Source: Paraspadella gotoi (taxonomy: Eukaryota; Animalia; Chaetognatha). Taken from it: DNA of 53,106 nt. The notes beneath the pieces were generated by a model. It ran no database searches. It saw only the letters and a list, made by a program, of their open reading frames with translations, and was not told the origin of the DNA. Positions 50,625 to 53,106 of the stretch are shown here, in pieces (the stretch's first letter is position 1; each line of letters starts with the position of its first letter). The position numbers and the translations under genes are program-made. The stretch lies in NCBI GenBank assembly GCA_051294375.1, contig CM119270.1, positions 44,970-98,075 on the forward strand, given 5' to 3'.

Positions 50625-51310
50625 CTCTGTCCCCTTCCTATCTTTACCACATTCCTATCTATTCCCCATTCCTATCTATTTTCCTTCCTATCATTCCCCT
50701 TCCTATCTATGCCCCATTCTTATATATTCCAATTTTTATCTTCCCCTTTCATATCTTCCCCATTCCTATCTTTCCCCATTCCTATCTCTCCATAATTTTT
50801 ATCTTCCCCTTTCCTATCATTCCCTTTCCTATCTATTCTCCTGTCCTATCTTTCCTCTATCCTATTTTTTTCCCTTTGTTATCTTTACCCCATTCCTATC
50901 TATTCCCCTTCATATTTTTCCCTTTTGCTATCTTTACCCTATTCCTATCTATTCCGCTTCTTATCTTTCCTCTTTCCTATCTTTCCCCTTTCCTATCTTT
51001 ACCCCATTCCTATCTATTCCCCTTCTTATCTTTCCCCTTTTCTGTCTTTCTTCCTTTCCTGTCTATTCCCTATCCTATCTTTCTCTATTCCTATCTTTCC
51101 CCATTCCTATCTTTCTCCCATTCCTATCTTTCCCCCTTTCCTATCTATTCCCCTTCCTATCTTTCTCCCATTCTTGTATTTCCCCTTTCCTATTTTTACC
51201 CATTCCTATCTATTCCCATTTACTATCTTTTCCCGTATTTCTATCTATTCCCCTTTCCTATCTATTCCCCTATTCCTATCTTTGCCACTTTTCTATCTAT
51301 TCCCTTTCTT
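50625..51310 (+). repeat. Pyrimidine-rich ~16-17-bp degenerate minisatellite
   Basis: Recurring TTCCTATCT(A/T)TTCCCC. Confidence 0.88.
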
Positions 51311-51383
51311 AACTTCCCTTTCTTTCGTTTTTTAACCTACATTTGTCTTCGTGAAGCAAAGGAATTCTTGACAACAGCCACAA

Positions 51384-51422
<39 letters not shown>

Positions 51423-51634
51423 TCTCATTCTCTCTCTTATTTATTTCTCTTTAAAAGTCTAACTGTCAAATATCAGACTTCCTAATGAAAAAAACAAAGA
51501 TAAAGCAAATATGATCAAAATTAACGACATATTGTAAATTTCAATTTATTTTGTGTGAAAATTAATTTTGTCTTGGATTTTTCCACCGCAGAACTGGCTA
51601 ATCAACCCCCGTCCCGTTTCGTTCCGTCTCTCTC

Positions 51635-51678
<44 letters not shown>

Positions 51679-52007
51679 ACTTTCTCTCTCTCTCTCTCTC
51701 TCCCTCTCTCTCTCTCTTTCTCTATCATATTTTTCGTTTATAGTGGATCTTTTCCCGCCTTCTCTCTCTCTCTCTCTCACCAGTGATTGTTTATTTAAAG
51801 CTTTTTTTTCTATTTATTTATTAACAATTCATTGACTTTCAATGATTTTTCACCGGTTTTTGTGATTTACTTCAACTCACCAATCTTAGATTTTTTTTCC
51901 ACAATTTTTCACTTTTATTGTTGACCTTGAATTTTCTGTTTTATTCAAGTCACGTGATCAACAAGGATTTTTATTCCCACCACCTTTTTCTTTTCTCTCT
52001 CTTACTT

Positions 52008-52039
<32 letters not shown>

Positions 52040-53106
52040 TCTCTCTTTTTATTCTTTTTCTTTCAATCCATTCTTTCTCTCGCACAACTCTAATAAAATG
52101 AATAATTAAATAATTAATTATCTCTCTTTTCTTTCTTTATTTCTTCCCTAACTCACCTTAAACTTACTTTTTTCTTCTTCCCTGAAGCTTAACTCTCGAT
52201 TTTACTTTAAAACTGCATGAGGAGAATTTTCATTCTTAAACTAGAATAAAAAATCAGAGAGAAAAAGTAATAAAACTTAAAAAAACAGATAAAAGAAAAA
52301 TAAAAACATTTTGTTTGTTTCTCAGATTTAAATAAAACTTTTTTTCTTTTTTTATCTTTTTTTATCTTTTTTATTTTTTCTTTTTCACTTTCTTCTTTCA
52401 ACTTTCTTTCTTTATTATTTTTTACTTTTTTTTCTCTCAACTTTTTTCTTTTTTCTTTTTTTTTACCTTTTTTATCTTTTTTCTTTCAACTTTCTTTTTT
52501 TTTCTCTCTATTTTCTTTTATCCCAAGTAATACCAAGTTCTATCACCTGGAGAAAAAAAACGAACTACTTAAATAAAAAGTTTAGCATTGAACTTTAAAA
52601 TTAAATTTTTCCCGACCGCAAGAAGTTTCATTTTAGTCTAATTTATTTCATTTTGTTATCAATAAAATTATAATAATAACACCCGTTTATTGTAAAATTC
52701 TGTCTTTTGTTTTTTTATTTTAATATAATCCATATTTTCAGAGATCGAATTAAAAACTAATTCTCGATTCAGATCAACTTCGAGGGCAAAATCAGCCCCG
52801 TGGGCCTTTTTCAGAAAATCCCCTTTCGTGCCTCCTGGGTTGCAATCTCTCACGCATTGCTCAGTCAGAGGTCAGATGCTTCCTTAAAAAATGCGTCTCT
52901 TTATGACGGTTTTATTTATAAATGTTTCGTTAACAAATATATAGATCGCTTTAAATTAATTTCTTTCTCTTGTCCTAAAATATTATTCACGCTATTTGAA
53001 TTATAATATAATAAATCTCTGCGATGGTTTTTCTTTTTAAACATTTTAACAATTTTATTTATTTTTTTTATTTATTAACAAGAACAGCTAGAACCTGAAA
53101 AAAACA

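Noticed and set aside
52668-52853. 61-aa minus-strand ORF in complex sequence
   Set aside because: GTG start, no recognisable motif or splice signals.
1-53106. Numerous S/L/F-rich, R/E-rich and V/D/T-rich ORFs in the ORF track
   Set aside because: They are translations of (CT)n, (GA)n, (TTTC)n and (CGT/GAC)n tracts, open in several frames, with no domains.

Overview
AT-rich, repeat-dominated, non-coding eukaryotic (animal) genomic DNA from a draft assembly. The (CT/GA)n, (CGT/GAC)n and (TAAA)n microsatellite load and the repeat types are compatible with a mollusc/cephalopod, but that is inference. No protein-coding gene can be supported: nearly all listed ORFs are translations of simple repeats. 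About two thirds of the window is two large near-tandem duplications (2894-11700 vs 11729-20490; 26179-33723 vs 35138-42036). In each, one copy is indel-noisy, and five gaps are exactly 25 N, which points to long-read gap-filling artefacts. Interpretable content: (1) an LTR-like segment followed by a 44-nt antisense copy of the tRNA-Leu 3' half including CCA, then a run of hairpins; (2) a tRNA-headed SINE whose body has twister-ribozyme architecture; (3) a Penelope-type minimal hammerhead ribozyme; (4) a 417-bp foldback/MITE with 168-bp TIRs, 4-bp TSD and CCAAT subrepeats, apparently related to a 69-bp CCAAT satellite; (5) several Helentron/DINE-1-like (HINE) elements; (6) many mini- and microsatellites.
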